Shown: positions 44,717 to 55,854 of the stretch, in pieces | Position numbering within the stretch: the first letter of the stretch is position 1 | Layout of the letters: every line of letters starts with the position of its first letter | NCBI GenBank assembly: GCA_977017575.1 | Contig: CDRNVI010000100.1 | Coordinates: forward strand, 1 to 64,000 | Origin: Paramoeba atlantica | Lineage: Eukaryota; Protista; Discosea | DNA length: 64,000 nt | Direction: 5' to 3' | Made by a program: the position numbers and the translations under genes | The notes under the pieces: model-generated | Databases searched by the model: none | Seen by the model: the letters and a program-made list of their open reading frames with translations, nothing else | What the model was told of the DNA's origin: nothing

Positions 44717-44744
44717 CAACAAGGTACAGAAACTGTATCTTTAT
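44717..44744 (-). other. Spliced-leader exon sequence without GT donor (processed-type copy)
   Basis: Minus strand TAACG-ATAAAGATACAGTTTCTGTACCTTGTTG then ATTTTTTTATC-ATG; 28 nt identical to 57016-57043. Confidence 0.75.
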
Positions 44745-44886
44745 CGTTAAAAAATATAGTTTTGAGGAAAAATGTTTAGGGTCATTTATGAAAATTAATG
44801 AGGGGGGGAGTATATAAAACGTTTAGAGCCTTTTTTACTATACGGGTTGTTAATTGTGTAAACGTTTTGGCAGAAAGGATTGTACT

Positions 44887-47415
44887 ATGATGCCAGTGCA
44901 CTCGAATTCGATGCCCCAGCCAGCCGAAAATCCACACGTACAATTTCCAATCGAAATTTTCTGCGAACACGTTGAACGCAGAATGCTATGGCAAAAAAAC
45001 ATCAAAAGAAATTTACCCGCACTGTGTCCTTCAGGTGACACCTCGGTGTCAGTTTCATTTCCTGCTGTCCTTAAAATAGCCTACCCAGTATTTACGGTTC
45101 AATGGATAAACTCTACCGTTTTACTGGTAGCGGGGGGTGGAGGCCGTTCATTTGGGATTCCCAATGCCGTGCAGTACATATTTTTGCATCCTAGCCGGAC
45201 GCCACCAATCTCGAATGAACATCGACTTCCTACTGAAGTTGCCCCACAAACCGACCGGGTGGCAGGCACCAAGAAGGGAGTACCTACTGATGACTGTACT
45301 CTACAGGTTTCCACAGTTTCACTGTCGCGACACCAATCTGTGTGGGATTCACTAACCACGCAAATACCAGACGAGAGACATGATTATGGTCTGGAACCAA
45401 ATTCCACTCGTATACCTTGCCTCTCTTCTACGTTTCTTTCCGCACTCAGCCACCCAAAAGGTCTTTCTTTCCGAACGATGGAGTTAGCCGCTTCGTGTAG
45501 TCGACACACGAACAAGGAAGACGGTCAACGAAGCAGTGTAAGAAACCCTGTTTTCGACTCCCAGGAAATCAACGTTCTCGACCTCACCTCTACTTCTCTC
45601 ATGCAGCCCAATAAAAAGTGCATTGCCTTGGTGTCTGTCCAACACGCGGACCCTTGCGGGCGTATGACAACGCTGGTTCGCTATGTCCTCTCCCAAGACG
45701 ATGGCGGAATAAAGGTGATCGAGGTCAGCCTCGTGGCATCTCGCACGGAAAACACACAATCGTCTACTTTGTCTTCCTCTGCCCGTATTTCATCTACGTC
45801 TTCTACTCTATCACACCTTCATGCGACATATCTCCCCTGTGAGAAGCGAAGTTGTCGAGCTCGACGCCATCACTTTCTTTCCAGTCCTAATCGCTGTTCA
45901 TACGCCACAAAAGAAGCCACTACAGAGTCAAAAGAGGATCCAGAATCCAAAACCCCCCTTTCCCCGTCTCAACAGGAGTTGCGGAGAAATAGTCGGAGAG
46001 ACCATGCTGCATCGAAAGACGATCCCAGGAGAGAATTGGACCGGAACACTAATGCGAATATTTACCAGGACGATGAACTTCCCACCGGGTTGCGTTCCGA
46101 GTCTCACACCTCTTACTGTTGCGGGTGTGAGGAAAGTCCATCGAATCATGATACCCCTTCGACACGCCTGGCATCTTCCCGTTCACTTCCCTACGTACTG
46201 GATATGAACACTTTCCTAGGAAGAGGTGCCGGCTTCGAGCAAAGGCGCAGCGAGAACCCAGACACGAATCTTCACGCTAAGTGCAGCTCTAGGACTTCGG
46301 CGAAAACCTTGTCAGAGTCTTCCCTTGGCGAGTCCAACATATCAGAGAGTAGAACATACCCACGTAGCACATGCATTCAAACACTCCTGGCCGTCACTAG
46401 TTCTCGTGGAGGGGTGTTTCTGTACGTACTGTGCCCTGCCTGCGCGGCCATGACCCTGCTGTGTAGTTACCACACCCTTCCCCCGGAACTCAGCTCTCCT
46501 CACGGTGTGTCCACTTCCCTTGTCCCTTCCTCCTGGTTAGCATCTCGCAAGCCAACCTCTTCCTCACCCGTGCGTTGGTCACACTGCCGATTTGATCCAC
46601 AAAACGGAGAGACGCTTTACGTGGTGCTCAACCACACATCCACCGGGAGTGTGCTGCTGGTGTTGGGGCTCGAGCGTGCGCACACGACTTACTCGCCTTT
46701 GACAAAGCCACCCACGCCCCATTTCTGCGACACAGAGAACAGTTTTGAAAACCAACACATCCGACTACGGTACGTCCGTAGCTCGTTTTTAAGCAAGGAC
46801 AGTGTCACAGCATTGACCTTTTTTCCTGCGTTGCTGGAACAAAGCGACGCATTACCTTTGGCGTGTACGCCGTCATCTGTGTCACCTCTTCGCTCCAACG
46901 ACACAGAACACAAATTCTTGACTTGTACTTCGTGTACACACGAGATGGGGTGGTCCCCACCCCGGACTTTTACGTCAAAAAAGAAAACGACAACACAACC
47001 AACCCCTTATGGATTGCTTCTCGGCACCAGCGAAGGGACCGTTTTTCGCGTGTACCTCCCCTGGGGGGTCTGCCTGGGACCTCACGCCCGGCTCCATCAC
47101 GCCCCCATCACGAGCCTATCCCTCTCTTGTGTGGAGCATGGCGACGGGGGTGAGAAGCCTTTTGTTCCGAGTCCCACAGCCCGGTGTACAACGACTCCAC
47201 TGCTTGCCAGTGCGGATCTCACACGCGTTGTGCGACTGACACCGCTGAGTGCCACTGAGTCGTTTGCGACGCGTTGGGTGGAATACCTCACAAAAAGTCA
47301 GAGGGAGGCTTGTATGATGGTCCTGACCAGAACGACATGGGTGGTTGCCCTTCTCCTGTGGTGGGTACTGCTGCCACTAATTGGGACGTTCCTCGTATTA
47401 CGACTGTATGGATAA
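44887..47415 (+). CDS. Sec12/PREB-like WD40 membrane protein with large low-complexity insertions
   Basis: LLVAGGGGRSFGIPN resembles the Sec12 K-loop region; LHHAPITSL WD motif; single C-terminal TM helix. Confidence 0.6.
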   Translation: MMPVHSNSMPQPAENPHVQFPIEIFCEHVERRMLWQKNIKRNLPALCPSGDTSVSVSFPAVLKIAYPVFTVQWINSTVLLVAGGGGRSFGIPNAVQYIFLHPSRTPPISNEHRLPTEVAPQTDRVAGTKKGVPTDDCTLQVSTVSLSRHQSVWDSLTTQIPDERHDYGLEPNSTRIPCLSSTFLSALSHPKGLSFRTMELAASCSRHTNKEDGQRSSVRNPVFDSQEINVLDLTSTSLMQPNKKCIALVSVQHADPCGRMTTLVRYVLSQDDGGIKVIEVSLVASRTENTQSSTLSSSARISSTSSTLSHLHATYLPCEKRSCRARRHHFLSSPNRCSYATKEATTESKEDPESKTPLSPSQQELRRNSRRDHAASKDDPRRELDRNTNANIYQDDELPTGLRSESHTSYCCGCEESPSNHDTPSTRLASSRSLPYVLDMNTFLGRGAGFEQRRSENPDTNLHAKCSSRTSAKTLSESSLGESNISESRTYPRSTCIQTLLAVTSSRGGVFLYVLCPACAAMTLLCSYHTLPPELSSPHGVSTSLVPSSWLASRKPTSSSPVRWSHCRFDPQNGETLYVVLNHTSTGSVLLVLGLERAHTTYSPLTKPPTPHFCDTENSFENQHIRLRYVRSSFLSKDSVTALTFFPALLEQSDALPLACTPSSVSPLRSNDTEHKFLTCTSCTHEMGWSPPRTFTSKKKTTTQPTPYGLLLGTSEGTVFRVYLPWGVCLGPHARLHHAPITSLSLSCVEHGDGGEKPFVPSPTARCTTTPLLASADLTRVVRLTPLSATESFATRWVEYLTKSQREACMMVLTRTTWVVALLLWWVLLPLIGTFLVLRLYG

Positions 47416-47680
47416 AGGGAAGAAAAAAATAATGCTGGTAAATTGTTGTTTAGTTAAATATTAGCTACTCAACTAGGTTTACGCAATTAACGAGAGTAAA
47501 AAGGAGGTGCTGTACTCATGTTGTTTATCTTGCTTGTCACGAAATATCGTCAAAAAGCGAATCACTTCGCCTTATTCATAGTAGGACAGCTACTAGTACT
47601 TTTGGTTCCAACTAAAATTCTTCTACTCTTACTAAAATTTCAGGTTTTCTAAGATTTCCTATACTGTTTTGGCGAAAAGG

Positions 47681-48256
47681 ATGGATATTTCTGTGATTTC
47701 AACTTCGCGTGCAGGTAAAGTCAGGGGCATGAAATTACCATTAGAGTACGACCTTGCCAAATTCATTAGTGAAATTGAAAATCCGTATCCCTCATGGAGT
47801 ACTGCTACGCCTGCCTGTGAATGGGATGGAGTGAAGTGCAACAATAAGGGTGATGTTACTGAAATCAATTGGAGTTCTCGACAGTTACGTGGTGTGTTGC
47901 ATTGGGAACATCTACCCCAATCACTTATTTTGTTGAACATTCATAACAACCAGCTCTGCGGCAACGTAGATTTTTCTGCGCTACCCCGGGGATTGCAGAG
48001 AATGTGGATTGGTGAAAATTTGTTTAGCGGAGAATTGCATTTTAAAGATCTTCCTCCCACGGTTACTGTTTTGAATGCGTCGAGTTGTCGTTTCAGCGGT
48101 CATGTCGACTTTTTAAGCATTCAACATTCATCTCTTGCAAAAACCGCGTCAGGTTTCGACCTACTGAATAACCCTGCTCTAAAGGGTACAGTCTCCAGAA
48201 ACGTAATTCCTCAAGATGCTTATTGGGGGATTCCCGACTCATGGATTAAAGAATAA
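47681..48256 (+). CDS. Short leucine-rich repeat protein
   Basis: AGKVRGMKLPLEYDLAKFI...CEWDGVKC cap; LRR repeats. Confidence 0.85.
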   Translation: MDISVISTSRAGKVRGMKLPLEYDLAKFISEIENPYPSWSTATPACEWDGVKCNNKGDVTEINWSSRQLRGVLHWEHLPQSLILLNIHNNQLCGNVDFSALPRGLQRMWIGENLFSGELHFKDLPPTVTVLNASSCRFSGHVDFLSIQHSSLAKTASGFDLLNNPALKGTVSRNVIPQDAYWGIPDSWIKE

Positions 48257-48803
48257 TCGCTTTGACGTTTTCACATTTGTTCAAGAGCCATTAGAGCTAG
48301 CCATGAAAAATTAGATTCGAACTGTCAGCTAAACACTGTAAGCTTGCGAAAGTAATTTTCGCGCAATTGTACAACTGGGCTGAGGTGAAGTGTATTGTAC
48401 AAGGGTAAAATGCGCATACATAATTTGCGGTAATTGTACAACTACAGTAAATGCCACTATTCTGAGAGTCGCTAAAAATGAAAATTGGGCTGTCAACGTA
48501 CAACTGGCTAAAATGAGAATGCACTTTGAAAAATGAGAATAATACATACAAGTGTGTGTCAACGTTCACTTGTATGTCAACGTTCAATTGAATTCGACAC
48601 TAAAAGCTCGGGGGGAATAAAGCTGTATAAAGCTGAATATTCATCGAAAGTGCCGCACCTTCAATGACCGTTCATCGAAGGTGCCGCACTTTCGATGAAT
48701 CATTCATCGAAGGGTTCAAAAGTGCTTTTTGAAAAAAATTGACGAAAAAACGGGAAAGAAACAATCCGGATTTTGTTGTCTAACTTTATTGTGCAACTGA
48801 AGA

Positions 48804-49410
48804 TTGTGGTGGTTGTATAACTGCCGCTCTACCCTCGATTATTGCGGTGGTTGTATAACTCCCGCTCTACCCTCGATTATTGAAAAAAAAGTGAACGAAA
48901 ACAGTGAAAATATAAATAAGAACACAGTAATAATAGAAGAAAAATATATAAAAGGGGCTCCGGTGGTCCAAAAATTTTCAAAAAAATTCGGACCCTTGGG
49001 GGGTCCAGGGGGGGGCATATCGCACGATTTTTTTTTGAAAAACTTATTTTTCGAAATAAAAGCGCAGAAAGGATAGCCGGGGTCCTGGCGCGTATTTTCC
49101 ACCCCCCTACCCGGGGGTGACCCCCCTGGTATGCGCAGGGCGGGTCCGTCAAGTTTAGATATTTTCGGAACTTTTTTGAAAAAATTTTCAACTTGACGAA
49201 AAAAATGGTAAAAAAATATTTTTCCAAAGTTGTTTCGCCTATTGTGTTTTTATAGTTTGGGACCTATTCTAGCTTTCTACGCCATTGGTTTTGCGAGGTG
49301 TCGCTTCTTGAAGCCGTGGTACGCCTCCCAATATGACCCATTTTTGACCAAAAAAAGCGAAAAAGTAATTTTCGGAACCCAAGGGGTCTTTTTGGGTCGG
49401 AACGTAATCT
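48804..49410 (-). mobile_element. 3' portion of hairpin-ended family element with duplicated terminal 37 bp
   Basis: Reverse-complement match to 14450-14985; TTG(T/C)GGTGGTTGTATAACT..CGCTCTACCCTCGATTA occurs twice at 48804 and 48842. Confidence 0.85.
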
Positions 49411-52400
49411 CTTCGTATTGATTACTGCGAGCCAGTGGACGATCCTCTTTAAAATGAGCTCTGTCCACAGGTGCACTTGGCTCAGATTGAGCCGAAGTTG
49501 CAAGTCGTTCGTTTTGAATCATTTCAGCATAGCGCTTTCGCGCATTTATGACTGAAATATTGGACCTCGTCCTTGTCCTTGTCGATGCAAGATCAACATT
49601 TTCTTCGGAGGAGTTCTCAGTAGAACCTCCTAACGCGGCCGTTAAAGCTCGCGTTTGTAGTTCGCAGTATGCATTCTGCTGAACCAATCGCTCTTCATTG
49701 ACCACTGCAGTGTTCTGCTGTGCTTCAAGAGTATCTTGAAGATGAGGTTCAACCTCGCGCACTTCAAGCTCATTTTCGTACGCAATGTTCCGTGCTAATA
49801 CTGCTTCTTCCAGAGTGCAAGCATCTTTGCGTCGATACAAATCTGCCGCGTTCTCTGTATTCTTCGAAGCATGTAAAAGCCGAAGAAAGTTGCACATTGT
49901 GTCATACTTTCCAGGCGTATTTACTTTCGCTTCATTGAGAAGCTTTTCAAACCCTTCTGGGGTCATTTCATGGCTCGGTGAGCCTTTCGTCCATGGGGAA
50001 AACAATGCCACCATGTGTTTCGCTACTCGAAGCTGGCTTCGAGCTTATGTCCCAGGTTCTTTTGAAGAACTCAATATGGGAAAACCTGGTACAGCTGGCA
50101 CAGTGTGCAAAGAGCGCAACTGTTGCTCAACAATATCTCCAGGCTCAAATTCCGGGAGGCCGTCAATGTCCTCAAAGGCGTATCTCCCATTAGCACGACG
50201 TCCGCGACGACGTCTTCGATTTGTCCCTGACTCAAAATCTTAATCACGATCGGGCTCTTCTTGAGCTAGCTCAGCTCTTTTCTTCTTTACGCTGACAATG
50301 CCTGCATAGGAATACAGGTCAAGGTCTTGAAGATCTTCGCCCATGTGCATGTAACGCACATGGAGTGGTGCAAGAACTGCACAATCATGTTCGGTGATCA
50401 TTAGAGCTCTACCATACCGTTGTCGAACTCTATATCAGAGTCTTGTGACGAATCATCGTCACTGATTTCTAGATCTCTGTGATCTGACTCACTTGAGATG
50501 TTTGCCAGGAACTTCATTACAGGTTCACATTGATCCATGTGAAGTATGGCTCATGTACTCGGAGGGTTGGCCGAGACAAAAGGCAGTTGCCATTTCGATT
50601 GAAGCTTCCGATGTGTCATGTTCGACAATTCTCTTTCGATGTGTCATGTTCGACAATTTCTGTAAAAGTAAGCGTGCCATCGGAATGTCAGTTTGCACTC
50701 TGTGCTCTGAATTCAGACCCCTTCGAAGGTGGTCATTGGCTGCGCGAAGTGCTGGTACAATGTACACAGGTGGACCAATGTCCTTGCTCATATATTTTAT
50801 GAGATATTGCATAATTTTTATGCCGGGGCCTTCGCTTCCAATGAAAACTACACATGTATTGCATCTTACGCAAGCAGTGAGTGTCTCATTGTACGGAACG
50901 ATGAGGGATCCCCGTTTAGTGTCTTGTGTCGGGTCCTGGTTATTGCGCAGAAGCACAATCAGAGACCGTTCATCAAGTACTGACCAAATGGTATCATTTT
51001 TAATCGGCCGTGTTGGAGGCTTGAGCCAGAATTCCGGTTGTCCAGATTCATCCATCTGAACCTCAACCTCTCTAACTTCCGTTTCATTTTCATGAAGTAC
51101 AGATTGTACGGATGCAATGCCATATCGGCATTTGTTCTTGTTTATATTTCCTTTCATTTTGAAACACATGGGTCTGTGACCAACGTGCTGCTGAACATCA
51201 ACAGCACATTTGGCCACATGTTCCCTTAAATAATCATCCTTTTCATCAGGAATGATATGTAGTCCTCCGCGATACATCGTCGGGCGTTGCAGGGCCGTAA
51301 AGCTCCTTACTGATCCTTTGCGCCCACTCGGGCAGATCAGAGCGCATCGTCGTACCCAAAGACTTCGCGAGACCATCGTGCTCCTTCACAATGTGAATTC
51401 ATTCGAAGACGTAGTGTGGACTAAGATTCGTCCATAGCACACTATGAAAGTGTAGCGCACCTCTTTTCTGGCATTCTACGACACCAAAAAATGCTCGAGG
51501 TCGACCAAAGAGGCCTTTAAGAACGTCACGTTCCTTCTTTACCTCATCTACATTCGACATTCCATACAATTCGGTAAGAAGAGTACGGATTTGCCGTTCG
51601 AAAATGCTGGTGGATCTGACAGGATTCCCTTGCACAAGCTCAGATCGCTTGAGAAGGTTGGCCCGCATTTCCTGCATTTTTTCGCTCTCATCATTTGTGA
51701 TGATTCTTAGAGCTAGAACGTTATCGTTCATGTTTGGACTCACTGTGGTCCAGTAAGTTGGCAGTCCGTATCGCCTGCATAAGGCGTAGATCTGACCTTG
51801 TGATGCCTTTCGCTTTGCTGGCGAAAAGGGTATCGTTTTTGCGCATATTTGCACAAATGGCAGAAACTTTGTTTCCAGAAGTTTCGCCTCGGAACTGTTT
51901 GGGTTCCTTATAGCCTGTTGTACAATGTGATAGAAAGCATCAGCATTGCAAAAATTAACGAGGCTTCTGTGCATATCTTTGTTATACTTCAGATTTTGCA
52001 CTACCGCTGATGAGACTGCACGGCGCCGAAGCACATCGTAGCAGTAAAATATGAATCCAGCATTCTTTGCAAATCGGGAATCCGATTGCTCTAGAATTGT
52101 CTTGATTTCATATGGTTCAAACGTAGAACCCTTAAAAGGGTACTTTTGCATCAGCGTCGGAAATGCTCCGAGCAAGATGTTTCCATGTCGACATACTCAT
52201 TGAGTAAACCTTCTTTTTGTTTCAGTTGCATCGCCACGGCGTGCGTAATTTGCGCACCCGCCGGCGCATTGCTTACAGGGCAGTGATCGGTTACAAAAGC
52301 TCGTGTGATCTCACCGCGAGGATCGCGATGTGACGTATCGGAAGCCACTGCTTGGGTGACCATACTGTTGATGGCGTTTTCACCCTCCTGGGAAACGGAT

Positions 52401-52639
52401 CTATCCCAAAGATGTGAGACAACGTCTCTACAATGTTGCTCGGTAACAACGTTGATTTTTCCTTCCTCTTTCAGTTGAGCATACACGTGGTTATGCTCAC
52501 AGAGGAAGTCTACCCAGGTGTTCAGAGTCTCTGATTTCACCCCGAATATGCCACTCAGATGTGCAGAACATAGTCTTTGACTACGTTTTGTTCGCCGTTC
52601 GTTGGCTATCCAAACAATTTGGATGTGCTTAATCGCCCT
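49277..52639 (-). pseudogene. Helitron-type Rep (HUH) protein in several frames, no helicase
   Basis: LGAFPTL, GLPTYWTTVSPN, FGVVECQKRGALHFHSVLW (HUH), YLIKYMSKD (catalytic Tyr motif), LQDLDLYSY, ALFSPW in correct order. Confidence 0.85.
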
Positions 52640-53785
52640 ATCTGGGGATTTTGGGGGAAAGTCCAAAACAACGACTTCGTTTTCTTTAAAGGTTCTAAAA
52701 CTGCCATTGTGGCAAGGAGCATTATCCATAGCAACCCGGGCCCCGCTATGACGCTTTAAGAAACTTAAAAAACCCCCTCTTTTTGTCATCGCGCATTTAA
52801 AAACATCTGAAGTGATCGTAATTTTCCCATTACTGTCCCTGTTTGGAAAAACATGATAAAAAATTCCATAAATAAAGCTTATACCCATCCAAACGTTCAC
52901 TCCATCCCCCCCAAACCACTTGTGCGAAGCTTTTAGAGGTGGTTTCGGGGGGTCACTTGCTCTGCAAATGTACGAGCGGCTTTCCTGTCCAAGCTGGCAA
53001 GTGAATTTTTTTTCGTCACACCAAATTATGTGACGAAGCTGTGCGACAGACCACTTCTGCATTTTCAATGCAAAGGTTAGTCGCTTGGCCTTATGAGATT
53101 CAGTTAAAAAAAGGCCTTTCGAAAAAGAACGTTGGATTATCCCTGCGTCCTTCAAAAAATATACTACAGTTGGCCTGCTGCAGGTGAAACCTCGTTTCCT
53201 GACCTCTCGAAGTATAAAATTCCAGGAGGGACAACCGCGTGTGCTTGACGTGTTGGCCGTGTCAATAATCTCGTGGCACGCATCAAGAAGCCCGGGTGTC
53301 GCCACAGTGCGTTCGCGAGGGGGTGTGGAACGTTCAACGTCCCCGGTTTCCTCAAAGCGTTTCACCCACAACTTGACAGTGCTGTGGTGGACGCCTTCTC
53401 TTCGGCAAGTGGCACTATAGGAATTTGTATTCTCGTAATCTTTTACAAGAAGCATCCTATGTGAATATTTGGTGTGCCCAGGGGAGGAGTACGCCCTATC
53501 GGAGAGAGATCCTTTGTTCTGCATAGAACGGGATCGCTTTCGCGGCATAAAACTGAGACGAAATGGAGAAAAAGCGAAAAAATGAGCAAATTTGGGAAAC
53601 ACTGCATATTTCAGAGGGGCAAAAAAACTTTAAAAAAATGCCATAAACAAAATTGCTTTCTTTTGGGGTGAAAATAGCGCAAAAACATAGAACTCTGCGA
53701 GAGCTCTCGAATGCGCTATCATTTTCCAAAATTTGAAGGGTTTTGCAATTTTTAGACCCCCCGCAGCATCTGATTTACCCCCCTG
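52640..53785 (-). mobile_element. Tc1/IS630-type element: left TIR and transposase truncated at SPD, fused in frame to Helitron sequence
   Basis: TA-CAGGGGGGTAAATC end at 53785; ATG 53548; IIWCDEKKF, VWMGIS, AMDNAPCH, DFPPKSPD then RAIKHIQ. Confidence 0.85.
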
Positions 53786-54439
53786 TATGTTTTATTTATG
53801 AATATTTTGGCTCAAATCCTTCCGTTTTCTTCAGCGTCCCTGGCCAAAGTGAAAGAAGACTGCGGGAGGGAGAGTATTCGAATACACTTAGTGATTGGCC
53901 AGTTTTCCTTTTTTAGGCTCTTCATTAAACACGGTGGTTGTTTTCAACTTAGAAGTCATTCATGCTGCATGCTTCGCGTTGAAAACTACCACCGCGTTTA
54001 ACGAAGAGCGTAAAAAAGAAAAATCTCCAAAAGATCATGAATAATCTATTTTTTTTGGGGTAAAAGCTCGATTTTTCGGCAAAAATTGCAAAATTTTACA
54101 CCGAATTTGGGCCGTTTTGGATGCCTTCCCAGTAGGGGCACGAGTCGAATCTGTCGCAAAAACATAGTAGAATGGTAGCTGAGGTCCCAAACTCCCCAAA
54201 ATACGGTTTAGGAGTCGATTGTGGAAAAATTTTATTTTTACTTTTTCTTGGATCAAATTATTTTTTTGGTCACCCTAAAAATTTCGGAAATTTTGACCGT
54301 GTCGGACCCCTCCTGCGCGTACCAGGGGGAGGTACCCCCAGGGGGGGGGGTGGAAAATTATCGCCGCGGCCTACTCTACCACTTCCCTGCGCTAGATTTT
54401 GAAAAGCAAAAAGTTCGAAAAAAAATTTCGCGCCGTATG

Positions 54440-54626
54440 CCCCCCCATGGACCCCCCCCATGGACCCCCCCCATGGACCCCCCCCATGGACCCCCCCCCA
54501 TGGACCCCCCCCATGGACCCCCCCCATGGACCCCCCCCATGGACCCCCCCCATGGACCCCCCCCATGGACCCCCCCCATGGACCCCCCCCATGGACCCCC
54601 CCCATGGACCCCCCCCATGGACCCCT
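54440..54626 (+). repeat. Minisatellite (CCCCCCCATGGA)n, about 15 copies
   Basis: 12-bp unit read directly. Confidence 0.97.
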
Positions 54627-54695
54627 CATTTTTTTGAACTTTTTTTTTCAGTTTTGGATCACCGGGGCCCCCCTTTATATTTTTTTCTTCTATTA

Positions 54696-55006
54696 CTATC
54701 CACCCCTATTTAATAGGACTCCGATTTTGGGCGAAAGGCCCTAATAAAGCGGGGGGACACGGAAAATAATATGAAGAAATCGGCGCCGCTTCGCCGCGCC
54801 TTTTTTATCGTTGTGAAACAAAGTCCTACTCCCTTTTGATACACTTTTGGTTGTTGGGGTAGATACGAAAAAAAAAATCCGCCACTTCGCGGCGCATTCG
54901 ACAATTTATTGGCACTTTCCCCGAAATCTTTTTTGGCCTTCCAGACAAAATAGCCCTATTAAAGGGGGGGGGGTGACACGTAGCCCTATTAAATAGGGGG
55001 GGATAG
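54696..55006. mobile_element. 311-bp MITE with TA flanks
   Basis: TA-CTATCCACCCCTATTTAATAGG versus CCTATTAAATAGGGGGGGATAG-TA. Confidence 0.75.
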
Positions 55007-55854
55007 TATATTAGTGTGTTCCTCATTATATTTTCACTGTTTTTGTTCACTTTTTTTTAATAATCGAGGGTAGAGCGGTAGTTATACAACCACCGCAAAT
55101 TCCTCCCTACAAGATACGGCACCCGCACATTTATAATGCATATTAAGCTGCACATTGCTAATGCATCTAGCACATTTATAATGCATATTATTTTTATCAT
55201 AGTGTTGTACACTAGAGATTTTCATTCCGGATAATCCTGGCAAAGATCAGGATCTTGTTCCGAAAGAGATTTTCCTACTCAAGCTGCTTGTGGTGGGTTC
55301 CAGGTGGGGTTCTGTCGCATAGTATATAGCCTAAATGAAGCCTGCAGTGCAGCAAGGGCAACGTTTTCACGCATTTTGCGAACGTGGTGCTTATAATCTT
55401 TTGGGAATCTCACCCCCGCTAAATAGGGGGGGAGGTGGTAGTTGTTTTGGGGGAAATGAGAGGCCGAACGCACGGAGGGGCCGGCCGGGCCACTGAGTGT
55501 GACGTTGGTGGGAAGCAATTTGCGAAGCCTCTAATGAAAAAATATAATTAAATATGCTTGTCACTGAGACAAACCACAGAAATCTCAGATACGAGGAGGG
55601 AAAAACTGCAAAACGGAGCTGTGGACGTGCTGTACTAAATGAAAAAAATCGCACATATAGTCTGGATGAAAAAATCGTACACTTGTCACTGAGACAAACC
55701 ACAGAAATCTCAAATAGGAGGAGGGAAAAACTCCAAAACGGAGCTATGGACGTGCTGTACTAAATGAAAAAAAATCGCACATACGTATCTTGAGTTTTGT
55801 TTGGGGCCCACAATAAATGAAGTAAAAAATCACTTTGAATTCTACCCGAGCATA

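Larger units (their letters stand above)
53904..55098 (+). mobile_element. Hairpin-ended family element (D to A) with expanded minisatellite and nested MITE
   Basis: Palindrome D at 53904-54022, module B near 54300, module A end ACAACCACCGCAA. Confidence 0.8.

Noticed and set aside
52151-53602. Single natural 483-aa protein
   Set aside because: Motif order shows two unrelated element proteins joined at 52639/52640; reported as a chimera instead.
54221-54744. PPMDPPHG / GGPWGG repeat proteins
   Set aside because: Translations of the 12-bp minisatellite.
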